64,000 nt of DNA. Source: a bacterium. GTDB taxonomy: Bacteria; Zhuqueibacterota; QNDG01; JAGLOF01. The notes below the pieces were generated by a model. That model saw nothing but the letters and a program-made list of their open reading frames with translations. It searched no databases and was not told the origin of the DNA. Shown here one piece after another: positions 28,614 to 37,887 of this stretch; the stretch's first letter is position 1; each line of letters opens with the position of its first letter. The stretch spans positions 61,503 to 125,502 of the forward strand of contig JAFGRY010000049.1 of NCBI GenBank assembly GCA_016934955.1, read 5' to 3'. The position numbers were made by a program, and so were the translations under genes.

Positions 28614-30071
28614 ATGGCGTCGTCGTGGACAGGAACCCTTGAGAAAATCGCCGAATGCACCTGGCGAATACCGGAAACCTTCATGCCGGGCATGCGGGTG
28701 CCGGGGATCATCTACGCCAGTGATGAGCTGATAGGACAGGTGCGAGCCGATCAGGCGCCGCAGCAGCTCGTCAATGTCGCGCATCTGCCCGGACTCGCCG
28801 GTCCCGTGGTCGCAATGCCCGATATACACTGGGGATACGGATTCCCTATCGGCGGTGTCGCGGCCATGGATCAGGATAACGGCGTTATTTCCCCGGGCGG
28901 CGTCGGGTATGATATAAACTGCGGTGTGCGGCTGGTTCGCACAAACCTGGAGAAAAAGGAACTGCTGCCGCGCATACGCTCCCTGACCGAAGCGCTGTTC
29001 CGTGATATTCCCTGCGGCGTGGGGGAAAAAGGGCGGATCACTCTTACCCGCAAGCAGCTGTTCCGGGTCCTCAGGGAGGGATCCGGCTGGGCTGTCGCCG
29101 AAGGATACGGTCGTGATGATGATCTGCTGCACACTGAAGAAGGCGGCTGCATGGAGGGAGCGGATCCGGCCCTTCTCACGGACCGCGCCCTTCTGCGGGG
29201 GCTGCCCCAGCTGGGAACCCTCGGTTCGGGGAACCATTTCCTGGAGATTCAGGCGGTGTCCCGCGTGTACGATCCGGATATCGCCGCCCTCTGGGGACTG
29301 CGGGAAAACCAGATTGTGGTGATGATCCACAGCGGCTCCCGGGGGCTCGGGTACCAGGTCTGTGACGACAGCCTGGACACGATGGTGAAGGCGATGGATA
29401 CGTACGGCATCTCCGTACCCGACCGGCAGCTCTGCTGCGCACCGGTCCGCTCGCTTGAGGGACGCGCCTATTTCGCGGCCATGGCGGCGGCCGCAAACTA
29501 CGCCTGGGCGAACCGGCAGATTATCATGCACTGGGTGAGAAGGTCCTTTGAGCGGATCCTCGGCGCGTCCCCGGCATCCCTGGACATGACGCTCCTCTAC
29601 GATGTCGCTCATAATATCGCCAAATTCGAGCGATATACCGATGCCGGCAGGGAGCGCGAGCTGCTCGTTCACCGCAAGGGCGCCACCCGGGCCTTTGCGC
29701 CGGAACATCCCGCCCTGCCCGCTCGTTACAGGAGTACCGGACAGCCGGTGCTCATTCCCGGGGATATGGGTACCGCCTCCTACGTGCTGGCCGGGACGGA
29801 AAAGGCCATGACCGCATCCTGGGGTTCCTGCTGTCACGGGGCCGGACGGGTGATGAGCAGAAAGGCAGCCGTCAGGGCCGGGAAAAACCGCGACATCGCT
29901 GCTGAACTCGCACGCAAAGGCGTGCATGTGCAGAGCCGCGGGCACCGCACCCTTCTCGAAGAGGCGCCGGAAGCGTATAAAAATATCCATTCGGTGGTCG
30001 ATGTTGTGGAAAGCGCCGGCCTCGCCCGAAAAATCATTCAGATGATGCCGCTGGGCGTCGTCAAGGGGTAA
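28614..30071 (+). CDS. rtcB: RNA-splicing ligase RtcB
   Basis: RBS GAAGGAAG. RtcB motifs HLPGLAGPVVAMPDIHWGYGFPIGGVAAMD, GGVGYDINCGVRL and CHGAGRVMSR. Confidence 0.9.
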   Translation: MASSWTGTLEKIAECTWRIPETFMPGMRVPGIIYASDELIGQVRADQAPQQLVNVAHLPGLAGPVVAMPDIHWGYGFPIGGVAAMDQDNGVISPGGVGYDINCGVRLVRTNLEKKELLPRIRSLTEALFRDIPCGVGEKGRITLTRKQLFRVLREGSGWAVAEGYGRDDDLLHTEEGGCMEGADPALLTDRALLRGLPQLGTLGSGNHFLEIQAVSRVYDPDIAALWGLRENQIVVMIHSGSRGLGYQVCDDSLDTMVKAMDTYGISVPDRQLCCAPVRSLEGRAYFAAMAAAANYAWANRQIIMHWVRRSFERILGASPASLDMTLLYDVAHNIAKFERYTDAGRERELLVHRKGATRAFAPEHPALPARYRSTGQPVLIPGDMGTASYVLAGTEKAMTASWGSCCHGAGRVMSRKAAVRAGKNRDIAAELARKGVHVQSRGHRTLLEEAPEAYKNIHSVVDVVESAGLARKIIQMMPLGVVKG

Positions 30072-30073
30072 GC

Positions 30074-30484
30074 ATGCAATTCAGTGTCAAACCGAAGAAA
30101 CGAATTTCGATCAATATCACCTCGCTTGTCGATGTGCTTTTCCTGCTGCTCATTTTCTTTATCGTCTCATCCACATTTCTGGAACAGCCGGGCATGAAGC
30201 TCGATCTGCCGGAAAGCAGCGGCGTCGAATCGGTGAAGGTGGAAGGCTTCACCATCTACATCACCGCGGACGGCTCCCTGTTTCTCAACGAGGACCCCCT
30301 CACCATGGATTCGCTTCCGAAAGCGCTTGAAGAGATCGCACCCAGGGTGGACGAGAAGGGACTCGTTCTCAAGGGAGATGAAGGGGTCCGGTATGGTATC
30401 GTTGTCAAGGTCATGGACGCGGCCCGCAACGCCGGTATTGAAAAACTCGTCGTCGCGACCGAACTGACCGGCGAGAGGGAGTAG
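30074..30484 (+). CDS. ExbD/TolR-family biopolymer transport protein
   Basis: Starts 2 nt after the rtcB stop. N-terminal INITSLVDVLFLLLIFFIVSSTF single TM plus periplasmic domain, typical of ExbD/TolR. No exbB or tonB adjacent. Confidence 0.75.
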   Translation: MQFSVKPKKRISINITSLVDVLFLLLIFFIVSSTFLEQPGMKLDLPESSGVESVKVEGFTIYITADGSLFLNEDPLTMDSLPKALEEIAPRVDEKGLVLKGDEGVRYGIVVKVMDAARNAGIEKLVVATELTGERE

Positions 30485-30507
30485 GCAGAGGAAAACGGGC
30501 GATCGCT

Positions 30508-31362
30508 ATGGAAATCATCACCGGAATCACCTCCATGCAGAATCGGACGCGGGAACTCCGCGCCGCCGGCAGACGGATCGGCTTCATACCGACCATGGGA
30601 TACCTGCACGAAGGGCATCTCAGCCTCGTTCGGGAAGCCCGAGGCCGTGCCGATGTCATCATTATGTCCATCTTCGTGAATCCCGCCCAGTTCGGTCCGG
30701 GCGAGGATTTCGAGCGTTACCCCAGGGACATGGAGCGGGACAAAATCCTGGCTGAAGCGGCCGGTACGGATATCATATTCGCCCCTTCCGCCGAGGAGAT
30801 GTATCCCCGCGGGTTTCTCACCACCGTTTCGGTGGACCGGATAACCCGCGTGATGTGCGGGAAAAGCCGTCCGGGCCATTTTGACGGCGTCACCACTGTC
30901 TGCATGAAGCTCTTTCAGATCGTACGGCCCCACATCGCCGTATTCGGGCGGAAAGATTACCAGCAGTCCCTGGTGATTCGCACCATGGTAAAGGATCTCG
31001 ATCTCGATCTGGAAATCATCACCGCACCCATCGTACGGGAAGCGGACGGACTGGCCATGAGTTCCCGGAACAAGTATCTCTCCGCTGACGAACGGGAGCG
31101 CGCTCTCAGGCTTTCTGCCTCACTGCGGGAAGCGGAAGCGGCGATACGACGGGGGGAAAGACGGGGTGAAGCAGTGGTCGCGGCCATACGGAAGCGAATC
31201 GAGGGACACGGGGTGACCATCGATTATATTGCGGTAAGCGACCCTCTGACACTGGAGCCGGTCGCCGTCATCGGCGACCATGTACTCATCGCCGTCGCTG
31301 TATATGTGGGAAAAACCCGGCTCATCGACAACCTGCTCATCGAAACGAACCCGGGGGAGTGA
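30508..31362 (+). CDS. panC: Pantoate--beta-alanine ligase
   Basis: GFIPTMGYLHEGHLSLV (HxGH), IIMSIFVNPAQFGP, GHFDGVTTV motifs. Confidence 0.9.
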   Translation: MEIITGITSMQNRTRELRAAGRRIGFIPTMGYLHEGHLSLVREARGRADVIIMSIFVNPAQFGPGEDFERYPRDMERDKILAEAAGTDIIFAPSAEEMYPRGFLTTVSVDRITRVMCGKSRPGHFDGVTTVCMKLFQIVRPHIAVFGRKDYQQSLVIRTMVKDLDLDLEIITAPIVREADGLAMSSRNKYLSADERERALRLSASLREAEAAIRRGERRGEAVVAAIRKRIEGHGVTIDYIAVSDPLTLEPVAVIGDHVLIAVAVYVGKTRLIDNLLIETNPGE

Positions 31363-31379
31363 CGGCCCCTGCGGTCAGG

Positions 31380-32150
31380 CTATCCGAGCAGCAGGTCGAA
31401 CAGGCCCAGCAGCTTTGCCGCCATGATCAGGATCGCCGCGGCCAGCACCCTCCGTATCGTTTTCTCTCCGGTTTTTACCGCTGCATGTGCGCCCCACCAG
31501 GCGCCGAATCCGTTGCCGGCGGCAAGGCAGAGCCCGTACCCCCAGACGATATTGTTGGTGAGCATGAATACGACCAGTGTCGGCAGGGTATAGACCAGCA
31601 CGATGAAGACCTTGTGCATGTTGACTCTGATCAGGGAAAGGTGCAGCAGATGATAGAGAATCGCCATCATGATGAAACCGACGCCTACCTGAATGAATCC
31701 TCCATACAGCCCGGCAAGAAACAGTGCGGGGTAGACAAACAGCCGTTTACGGCCGGACGGCGACGCGTCTTCCCGGTCGGTCTGGTACCGCGGCTTGAAT
31801 ATCATCGAGACAACGATGCCGATCATCACCACTCCCAGCATCCGTTCGAACCACTGATGCTCGATGCGTACAGCCAGGAGAGAACCGGCGATGGCCCCGG
31901 GAAGGGTGATGAGGGAGAGAGAGAGGCTTTTTTTGAATTCACTGACATTGTTGCGCCTGAAAGACGATACGGCAAAAATGTTCTGAACGACGATGGCGAT
32001 GCGATTCGTGCCGTTGGCCGCTGCCGCATCCAGGCCGAGGAAGAGCAGCACGGGAAGGGTGAGGGTCGACCCGCCGCCTGCGTTGACATTGATAAAGCCG
32101 GCGATGGAACCGACGGTAAAGAGAAGTAATAGCGCGAGTGCCGGGTGCAT
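31380..32150 (-). CDS. TauE/SafE-family sulfite/anion exporter membrane protein
   Basis: Polytopic hydrophobic protein with the duplicated GGGSTLTLPVLLFLG-type motif. Convergent with panC (17-nt gap). An equal-length hydrophilic mirror ORF on the + strand was rejected. Confidence 0.8.
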   Translation of the reverse strand: MHPALALLLLFTVGSIAGFINVNAGGGSTLTLPVLLFLGLDAAAANGTNRIAIVVQNIFAVSSFRRNNVSEFKKSLSLSLITLPGAIAGSLLAVRIEHQWFERMLGVVMIGIVVSMIFKPRYQTDREDASPSGRKRLFVYPALFLAGLYGGFIQVGVGFIMMAILYHLLHLSLIRVNMHKVFIVLVYTLPTLVVFMLTNNIVWGYGLCLAAGNGFGAWWGAHAAVKTGEKTIRRVLAAAILIMAAKLLGLFDLLLG

Positions 32151-32279
32151 AAAACCGCCTATTCAGCTGAGCCTGTCCAAATACCCGCATAACGTACACT
32201 TTTTCAGCCGTTTTTCCAAGCCTTTTCACCCGGAAGAATATTCCTTGTTTTTTTAGTCGTATGTTCCCATATTACCGGG

Positions 32280-32906
32280 GTGAAACGGGATGCAGGCGGT
32301 AAAGTGATTACAACGCTTATTTTTGATCTCGGCGGTGTGCTGATCAACGTGCATCAGCACCGTTTCGAGCAAAAAATCCTTCGAATGTTCCCGGACAGCG
32401 ATCCGGAACGTCTGCGGGGGGCCTTTTTTGATTCTCCTGAAAAAGATCTGCTCGAATCCGGCCGAATTTCCCCCCGGCGGTTTCTCGACGGCGCGGGACG
32501 CCGTCTCGGCCTGCATATCGATCCGGTGCTGTTTGCCGACTTCTGGACCGACATCTTCAGCGAGAACCGGGATATATCCGCGCTCATTCCCGCGCTCAGG
32601 CAGAGATACCGGCTTGCCCTGCTCTCAAATACCAACAAACCGCATATGGATTATATCGGAACCGCCTTCCCCGTCGTTCACCTGTTCCATCACCGTTTCC
32701 TGAGTTACGAAATGCAGTTGCTGAAACCGGACACCGCCATTTTCCGGGAAGCGCTCCGCGCCCTTGGAAGCACTCCGGCGCAGACACTGTTTATCGATGA
32801 CAGTGAAGCAAACACTGCGGCAGCCGCTTCTCTCGGCATGCCCGTTATTCATTTCAGGAACAACGCCGATTTTCTTGAAACGGCGCACACAATGGGTATT
32901 CTCTGA
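32280..32906 (+). CDS. HAD-superfamily hydrolase (subfamily IA)
   Basis: LIFDLGGVL (motif I DxG), LLSNTN (motif II), FIDD (motif IV). The true start may be the in-frame GTG at 32304 (MITTLIFDLGGVL). Confidence 0.75.
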   Translation: MKRDAGGKVITTLIFDLGGVLINVHQHRFEQKILRMFPDSDPERLRGAFFDSPEKDLLESGRISPRRFLDGAGRRLGLHIDPVLFADFWTDIFSENRDISALIPALRQRYRLALLSNTNKPHMDYIGTAFPVVHLFHHRFLSYEMQLLKPDTAIFREALRALGSTPAQTLFIDDSEANTAAAASLGMPVIHFRNNADFLETAHTMGIL

Positions 32907-32943
32907 AACAATACCAGCCGGGGCTCCGTTTTAGTTTTCTGGC

Positions 32944-35745
32944 TTGGATTTTGCAGTAATGGGGCGGAACTGTTTGCTCACCATCAGGGAGAATGGCTAT
33001 CCGCATATGAAAGACAAAGCCACCATACTCATCGTTGAAGATGAGCCGGTCGTCGCTGCCGATATAAAATCCAGTCTTCAGTCGGCGGGATACAAGATCG
33101 TGGGTGTCGTGTCTACCGGTGAAGATGCGGTTCTTCTGGCAAAACAGAAGCGGCCCGATCTCATTCTGATGGATATTCAGCTGAAGGGCCAGCTGTCCGG
33201 TATCGACACCGTCCGCCGGATCAACACGGTGTTGGACGTTCCGGTTATCTATCTGACCGCCCATACCGACGGGCACACCATTACCGAAGCAAAGACAACC
33301 ACGCCGTTCGGTTTTATCGTCAAGCCGTTTCAGGAGATCGAACTGCAGACCTCGATCGAAATGGCCCTGCACAAATTCTCCATTGATAAACAGGTCAGGG
33401 AAAGCGAACATTTCCTTAGTTCAACCTTCCGCAGCCTCGGTGACGGGGTAATCGTTGCCGACAGGGGGTTGAAGGTCACCTATATCAATCCCTATGCGGT
33501 AATGATGACCGGATGGACCGATTCGGAAGCCGTGGGGAATGATCTCGATACCGTCTTCCTCGTGAAGGACGAATCCACCGACAAACCGATCTCCCATGTG
33601 GCGAGGACGGTGCTGAAGAAGGAACAACCCGCCGAATTCGTAAACAGAATGGTACTCGTCTCGCGCGAGGGAGGCAATCTGCCCGTTGACACCAGCATCG
33701 CTCCCGTAAAAGGCGATACCGGCGAAACCACCGGCATTGTGCTCGTGTTTCACGACACCCTTGACCGCAAGCTTACCGAGATCGCTCTCAAGGAGAGTGA
33801 GAACCGGTACCGCTCGCTGTTCGAGGAATCAAACGATGCCATTTTTATCCTCAACCGAAACGGTGATTTTATCACGGCCAATCGTGCCATGCAGCATCTG
33901 TTCGGGTTTGAGGAGAATGAACTGGTCGATTATGCCCTGGGACAGCTCTTTCAGGATGCAGCGGCCTGGCCCGACATGCAGCGGCGAATTGAAAAGAACG
34001 GTTCGGTCAGAGACTACCAGTCAAAAATGGTGACCGGCAGGAGCACTGTTATCGACTGCCTCATTACCGCCAGTCTGCGGCGTTCCGGAACCGGTGAGAT
34101 TCTCGGTTATCAGGGTATTCTTCGCGACATCACCGAGAAAAAACGATCGGAAGAGGCGCTGAAGCAGAGTGAGACCCGCTATCGGCTCCTCGCCGAAAAT
34201 ATCGTGGATATTATCTGGACCATGGATGAAGACCTGAATTTCACCTACGTGACGCCATCGGTCAGCGATATACTCGGGTATAATGCCGCCGAGTTTCTGA
34301 CACTCGATCTCGAACGGCTCTGCACGCACGAATCCTATCCCAGCGCGGCCGAATATTTTTCAACATTCGTTCCGAACAACGACGATGCCGGCGACAAACA
34401 GGTGAACATAGAGCTCGAACTCAAGAAGGCGGACGGAGGAACAGTGTGGGTCAATGTCTCCTCCTCGGTCTTTCGGGCCGAGGACGGCACCCGTGCCGGC
34501 ATTATCGGCGTCGCCCATGATATTACAAAACGGAAGATCGCTGAAAAGGAGAAGGAACTGATGCGGGAACAGTTCCTGCAAGCGCAGAAAATGGAGGCGA
34601 TCGGGATACTCGCAGGAGGAGTGGCGCACGATTTCAACAATCTGCTCACCGTAATCCAGGGTTCGACCGATCTGCTCATGATGCAGGTTCAGGAAGACGA
34701 TCCCGTATACATCGATCTCTATGAAATACATAAAGCCGCGATACGCGCAGCCGAGCTGACCAGCCAGCTGCTGCTATTCAGCCGTAAAAAATCCATGCGG
34801 AGCGTCCCCCTCAATCTCAATCGCATTGTCGAGGATCTCCTGAAGATGCTGCACCGGCTCATCGGGGAAGATGTGGGGATCATCACGCACCTGGCTGACG
34901 ATCTCTGGACCATATCGGCGGACCGCAGCAACATGGAACAGGTGATCATGAATATTGTGGTCAATGCCCGGGATGCCATGCCCGAAGGGGGAGAGGTAAC
35001 CATCACCTCGAAGAATCTCACGCTCACTGAATCGGACACGGCAGCCGCGCCCAAGGGCCCAATCCCCGGAAGTTATGTCTGCCTGACCATCGCTGACGAG
35101 GGAACCGGCATCGATGAAGCGGCCCTGAAGCACATATTTGAACCGTTTTACAGCACAAAAGGCACTGGAAAGGGAACCGGTCTCGGGCTCTCGGTCGTAT
35201 ACGGGATAGTGAAACAGCACCAGGGCTGGCTGGATGTGGAGAGTACGGTGGGAAAGGGAACGACGTTTCGTCTCTATTTTCCCGCGCTTCTGCAGGATCA
35301 GCGGCAGAAAGATGCGGGAATGGCAACGCTGGCCTCTCTTTCGGGTGACAGTGAGAATGTCCTGCTGGTCGAGGATGAGGAGGGGGTGCGTCATTTCGCG
35401 ATGCGGGCGCTCAGGTCCCACGGATACGAGGTCACCGGCGCGGCAACGGCTGAAGAGGCGCTGGATCTCTTTGGCCGTGACCCATCCGGATATCACCTGA
35501 TTATCAGTGATGTGGTGCTGCCCGGTCACAACGGCATCGAACTGGTTGAGCGAGTGTTACGGGTTCGTCCGGAAATCCCCGTACTGCTCTGCAGCGGCTA
35601 TACCGACCAGAAATCCCAGTGGACCGTCATCCAGCAGAAAGGGTATCGGTATCTTCAGAAACCTTACAGTGTGAACGAGCTGCTTCGCACCGTAAAAGAT
35701 ATATTAACGCCGTTTAAGGCATCTTTCAATGTGAAGCAATCATGA
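32944..35745 (+). CDS. Hybrid sensor histidine kinase: REC - PAS x3 - HisKA - HATPase - REC
   Basis: N-terminal receiver (ILIVEDEPVVA...DLILMDIQL). Repeated PAS blocks. H-box GVAHDFNNLLTVI. ATPase N/G boxes (VVNARDAM, GTGLGLSVVYGIV). C-terminal receiver (VLLVEDEEGVR...LIISDVVLPG). The start may be the ATG at 33007 (MKDKATILIVEDE). Confidence 0.85.
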   Translation: MDFAVMGRNCLLTIRENGYPHMKDKATILIVEDEPVVAADIKSSLQSAGYKIVGVVSTGEDAVLLAKQKRPDLILMDIQLKGQLSGIDTVRRINTVLDVPVIYLTAHTDGHTITEAKTTTPFGFIVKPFQEIELQTSIEMALHKFSIDKQVRESEHFLSSTFRSLGDGVIVADRGLKVTYINPYAVMMTGWTDSEAVGNDLDTVFLVKDESTDKPISHVARTVLKKEQPAEFVNRMVLVSREGGNLPVDTSIAPVKGDTGETTGIVLVFHDTLDRKLTEIALKESENRYRSLFEESNDAIFILNRNGDFITANRAMQHLFGFEENELVDYALGQLFQDAAAWPDMQRRIEKNGSVRDYQSKMVTGRSTVIDCLITASLRRSGTGEILGYQGILRDITEKKRSEEALKQSETRYRLLAENIVDIIWTMDEDLNFTYVTPSVSDILGYNAAEFLTLDLERLCTHESYPSAAEYFSTFVPNNDDAGDKQVNIELELKKADGGTVWVNVSSSVFRAEDGTRAGIIGVAHDITKRKIAEKEKELMREQFLQAQKMEAIGILAGGVAHDFNNLLTVIQGSTDLLMMQVQEDDPVYIDLYEIHKAAIRAAELTSQLLLFSRKKSMRSVPLNLNRIVEDLLKMLHRLIGEDVGIITHLADDLWTISADRSNMEQVIMNIVVNARDAMPEGGEVTITSKNLTLTESDTAAAPKGPIPGSYVCLTIADEGTGIDEAALKHIFEPFYSTKGTGKGTGLGLSVVYGIVKQHQGWLDVESTVGKGTTFRLYFPALLQDQRQKDAGMATLASLSGDSENVLLVEDEEGVRHFAMRALRSHGYEVTGAATAEEALDLFGRDPSGYHLIISDVVLPGHNGIELVERVLRVRPEIPVLLCSGYTDQKSQWTVIQQKGYRYLQKPYSVNELLRTVKDILTPFKASFNVKQS

Positions 35746-36581
35746 CACAGGACGGAGAATTCCAGGGACTTGATCCCCGGCGGGACGGCTGTGCCGCTTC
35801 TGAATTCAGCCGCCGTTTCGCCATTCCCGCGAGCAGCCCGGAACTTTCCCTGCTTTGCGCCATACTCGACGCATTTTCCGCATTTCCCTACGAAAATATC
35901 AGTAAAATTATCAAAAACAGCCAGGTAGAGCGTGAGTATGAAAAAATCAGGCTTCCCGGGGAGATCCTTGCCGATCACTTTGAATATGGTCTCGGCGGCA
36001 CCTGTTTTTCTCTCACCTACCTGCTGGATTGCATACTCAAGCACCGCGGATTTAACTGTTATCCGGTTTCCGCGGACATGCGCTACGGCGTCGGGATTCA
36101 TTGCGCTCTTGTGGCGGTGGTGGACCGTCGCCATTATCTCGTCGACCCCGGATACTGTATTACAGCGCCGCTCCCGCTCGACAGAAACGCCCCCGTGTAT
36201 TACCGGACGCCTTCCAGCGGCATCCGGCTGCAGTTCTCCGCCGGTGAGAGCATCGACCTTTTCACCTTCGATCGGCGGGGAGAGAAGTGGCGCTACCGGT
36301 TCAGCGACATTCCCCTGCCCTACGACCGGTTTATGCGCAACTGGCTGCACTCCTTTACCCTCAACTCGATGCATGCGCTCTGCCTCAACAGGATGCACGG
36401 CGGTGTCATGACCTACCTGCACCGGCATACTCTCCGGCGGACCGACGGGGGGACGGTTTCAAAAACGGACGCATCTGTCCGTGTGCATGCGCTGGTTCAG
36501 GAGCATTTCGGCATCGCCCCCCGGTTCGTGGAAGAGGCGGAGGCCGTACTTGCCATGCAGGGGTACGGGAGGAACACGTGA
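35742..36581 (+). CDS. Arylamine N-acetyltransferase (NAT) family protein
   Basis: ATGA overlap with the kinase stop. FPYENISKI, GLGGTCFSLTYLL (catalytic Cys), IHCALVAVVDRRHYLVDPGY (His/Asp) match the NAT Cys-His-Asp triad layout. 279 aa is typical. Confidence 0.65.
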   Translation: MTQDGEFQGLDPRRDGCAASEFSRRFAIPASSPELSLLCAILDAFSAFPYENISKIIKNSQVEREYEKIRLPGEILADHFEYGLGGTCFSLTYLLDCILKHRGFNCYPVSADMRYGVGIHCALVAVVDRRHYLVDPGYCITAPLPLDRNAPVYYRTPSSGIRLQFSAGESIDLFTFDRRGEKWRYRFSDIPLPYDRFMRNWLHSFTLNSMHALCLNRMHGGVMTYLHRHTLRRTDGGTVSKTDASVRVHALVQEHFGIAPRFVEEAEAVLAMQGYGRNT

Positions 36582-37108
36582 AGCCCGCCGAACCTGCTCC
36601 GGTGAAACTGCTCTGCGGTATTCTCTACAGTTCTCCGGAGCGTATGCAGGAAGCCTGCCGGATCATGGAACGGTGCTGGGGGGCGATCGATTTTGTCAGC
36701 GGCGATTTCCTCTTCGATGTGTCCGATTATTATGTACCGGAGATGGGAAAACCGATTTCCCGGCGTTTTATATCCTTCACGCAGCTCATTCAGCCGAACA
36801 TGCTCGCATCGGTCAAGATCTCCTGCAATGAAATCGAAGACTCCCTGGCAGGGGAGGGAAATCGCCTGGTGAATCTCGATCCCGGCTATCTCGATTTTGA
36901 CAAGCTTGTGCTCGCATCGGCGAAATACAACGGACAGAAGATATATCTCGATCACGGTATCTGGGCCGATCTCACCCTGCAGTACCGGAAGGGCCGTTTC
37001 GAGGCCTATCCCTGGACCTTTCCTGACTTTACCTCCGGACGCTATAACGAACCCCTGCTGCGGATACGGACACTCTACAAACGGGCGATCTCCGCATCAT
37101 CACCATAA
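36578..37108 (+). CDS. DUF4416-family protein
   Basis: GTG start after GGGAGG overlapping the NAT stop (GTGA). IDFVSGDFLFDVSDYYVPEMGKPISRRFISFTQLIQP matches the DUF4416 conserved core. The track's longer ORF (36287) is an upstream frame extension inside the NAT gene. Confidence 0.6.
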   Translation: MKPAEPAPVKLLCGILYSSPERMQEACRIMERCWGAIDFVSGDFLFDVSDYYVPEMGKPISRRFISFTQLIQPNMLASVKISCNEIEDSLAGEGNRLVNLDPGYLDFDKLVLASAKYNGQKIYLDHGIWADLTLQYRKGRFEAYPWTFPDFTSGRYNEPLLRIRTLYKRAISASSP

Positions 37109-37129
37109 GAAAAACAGCGTGCAAACTCC

Positions 37130-37158
37130 TTGACAATGGTAAAAATAGTCTGTATACT
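37130..37158 (+). promoter_or_regulatory. Consensus sigma70-type promoter (TTGACA-N17-TATACT) of the pyr operon
   Basis: Exact TTGACA at 37130-37135, 17-nt spacer, TATACT at 37153-37158, ~150 nt upstream of pyrR. Confidence 0.65.
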
Positions 37159-37194
37159 GTAGAAACAGACAGCATCGATGTGCAAACATATTCC

Positions 37195-37290
37195 CATCCC
37201 TTTAATCGAATCCGGCGAGATCCGAAAGGGGCACTTTCAGAGAAGGATTACAGTACCTCTTCGGCAGCAGGCCGGGAGGTTTTTTTTTAT
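37195..37290 (+). promoter_or_regulatory. Putative PyrR-binding attenuator leader with intrinsic terminator
   Basis: UUUAAUCGAAUCCGGCGAGAUCCGAAAGG fits the PyrR binding-loop consensus ARUCCNGNGAGGYU in 12/14 positions. A GC-rich hairpin CCUCUUCGGC-agca-GCCGGGAGG at 37256-37279 is followed by U9 directly upstream of pyrR. Confidence 0.5.
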
Positions 37291-37311
37291 TAACTCAGGG
37301 AGCACAGCCCG

Positions 37312-37851
37312 ATGAAAGTAAAAGCAGAACTGATGAGTGCCGAGGCGATAACCCGGACATTGCTTCGGCTCACCCACGAAATACTCGAGAAAAACCACGG
37401 TATCGAGAATCTCGTGATTATCGGCATCCGCAACCGGGGAGACATCCTGGCACGACGCATTATTCAGGCCATCGCCGAAATTGAGGGGAGAGAGGTGCCG
37501 CTCGGCATTCTTGACATTACCCTCTACCGGGACGATTTTCAGCGTTTCTCGGAAACGGCCGTTGTCCAGGAGACGGAAATTCCCATCGATATCACCGACA
37601 AAAAAATCATTCTCGTTGACGACGTCCTCTATACCGGACGGACAATCCGGGCGGCCCTGGACGCACTGACCGACTTCGGCCGTCCCTCGCTCATTCAGCT
37701 TGCCGTACTCGTTGACCGGGGACACCGGGAGCTGCCCATCAAGGCCGATTACGTAGGCAAGAACGTTCCCACCGCCCCAGGTGAAGAGATTGCCGTTCAG
37801 CTGTTCGAAACCGACAAGGAAGAGGGCGTTGTACTCCTGCAGCCGGAATAG
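37312..37851 (+). CDS. pyrR: Bifunctional pyrimidine operon regulatory protein / uracil phosphoribosyltransferase PyrR
   Basis: LVIIGIRNRGDILARRI and the PRPP-binding motif KIILVDDVLYTGRTIRAALDAL. Confidence 0.9.
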   Translation: MKVKAELMSAEAITRTLLRLTHEILEKNHGIENLVIIGIRNRGDILARRIIQAIAEIEGREVPLGILDITLYRDDFQRFSETAVVQETEIPIDITDKKIILVDDVLYTGRTIRAALDALTDFGRPSLIQLAVLVDRGHRELPIKADYVGKNVPTAPGEEIAVQLFETDKEEGVVLLQPE

Positions 37852-37887
37852 CCGACATATACCGTTTAATTTGAAAGGTGTTCAATT

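Noticed and set aside
27737-28711. 324-aa minus-strand ORF antisense to the CN-hydrolase gene
   Set aside because: Same reasoning: the + strand product has the complete nitrilase-superfamily triad, and the antisense translation is featureless.
28545-29990. 481-aa minus-strand ORF antisense to rtcB
   Set aside because: It overlaps a confidently identified RtcB gene and its translation is Arg/Pro/Gly-rich with no domain features, so it is a GC-driven shadow ORF.
31359-32129. 256-aa + strand ORF exactly mirroring the minus-strand TauE/SafE gene (same length)
   Set aside because: The translation is hydrophilic, low-complexity and has no motifs. The minus-strand product is a textbook TauE/SafE membrane protein. 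High GC suppresses antisense stop codons.
36287-36577. N-terminal 97-aa extension of the DUF4416 ORF in the track
   Set aside because: The extension lies inside the NAT gene in another frame. A GTG with GGGAGG RBS at 36578 gives a product of typical DUF4416 length.
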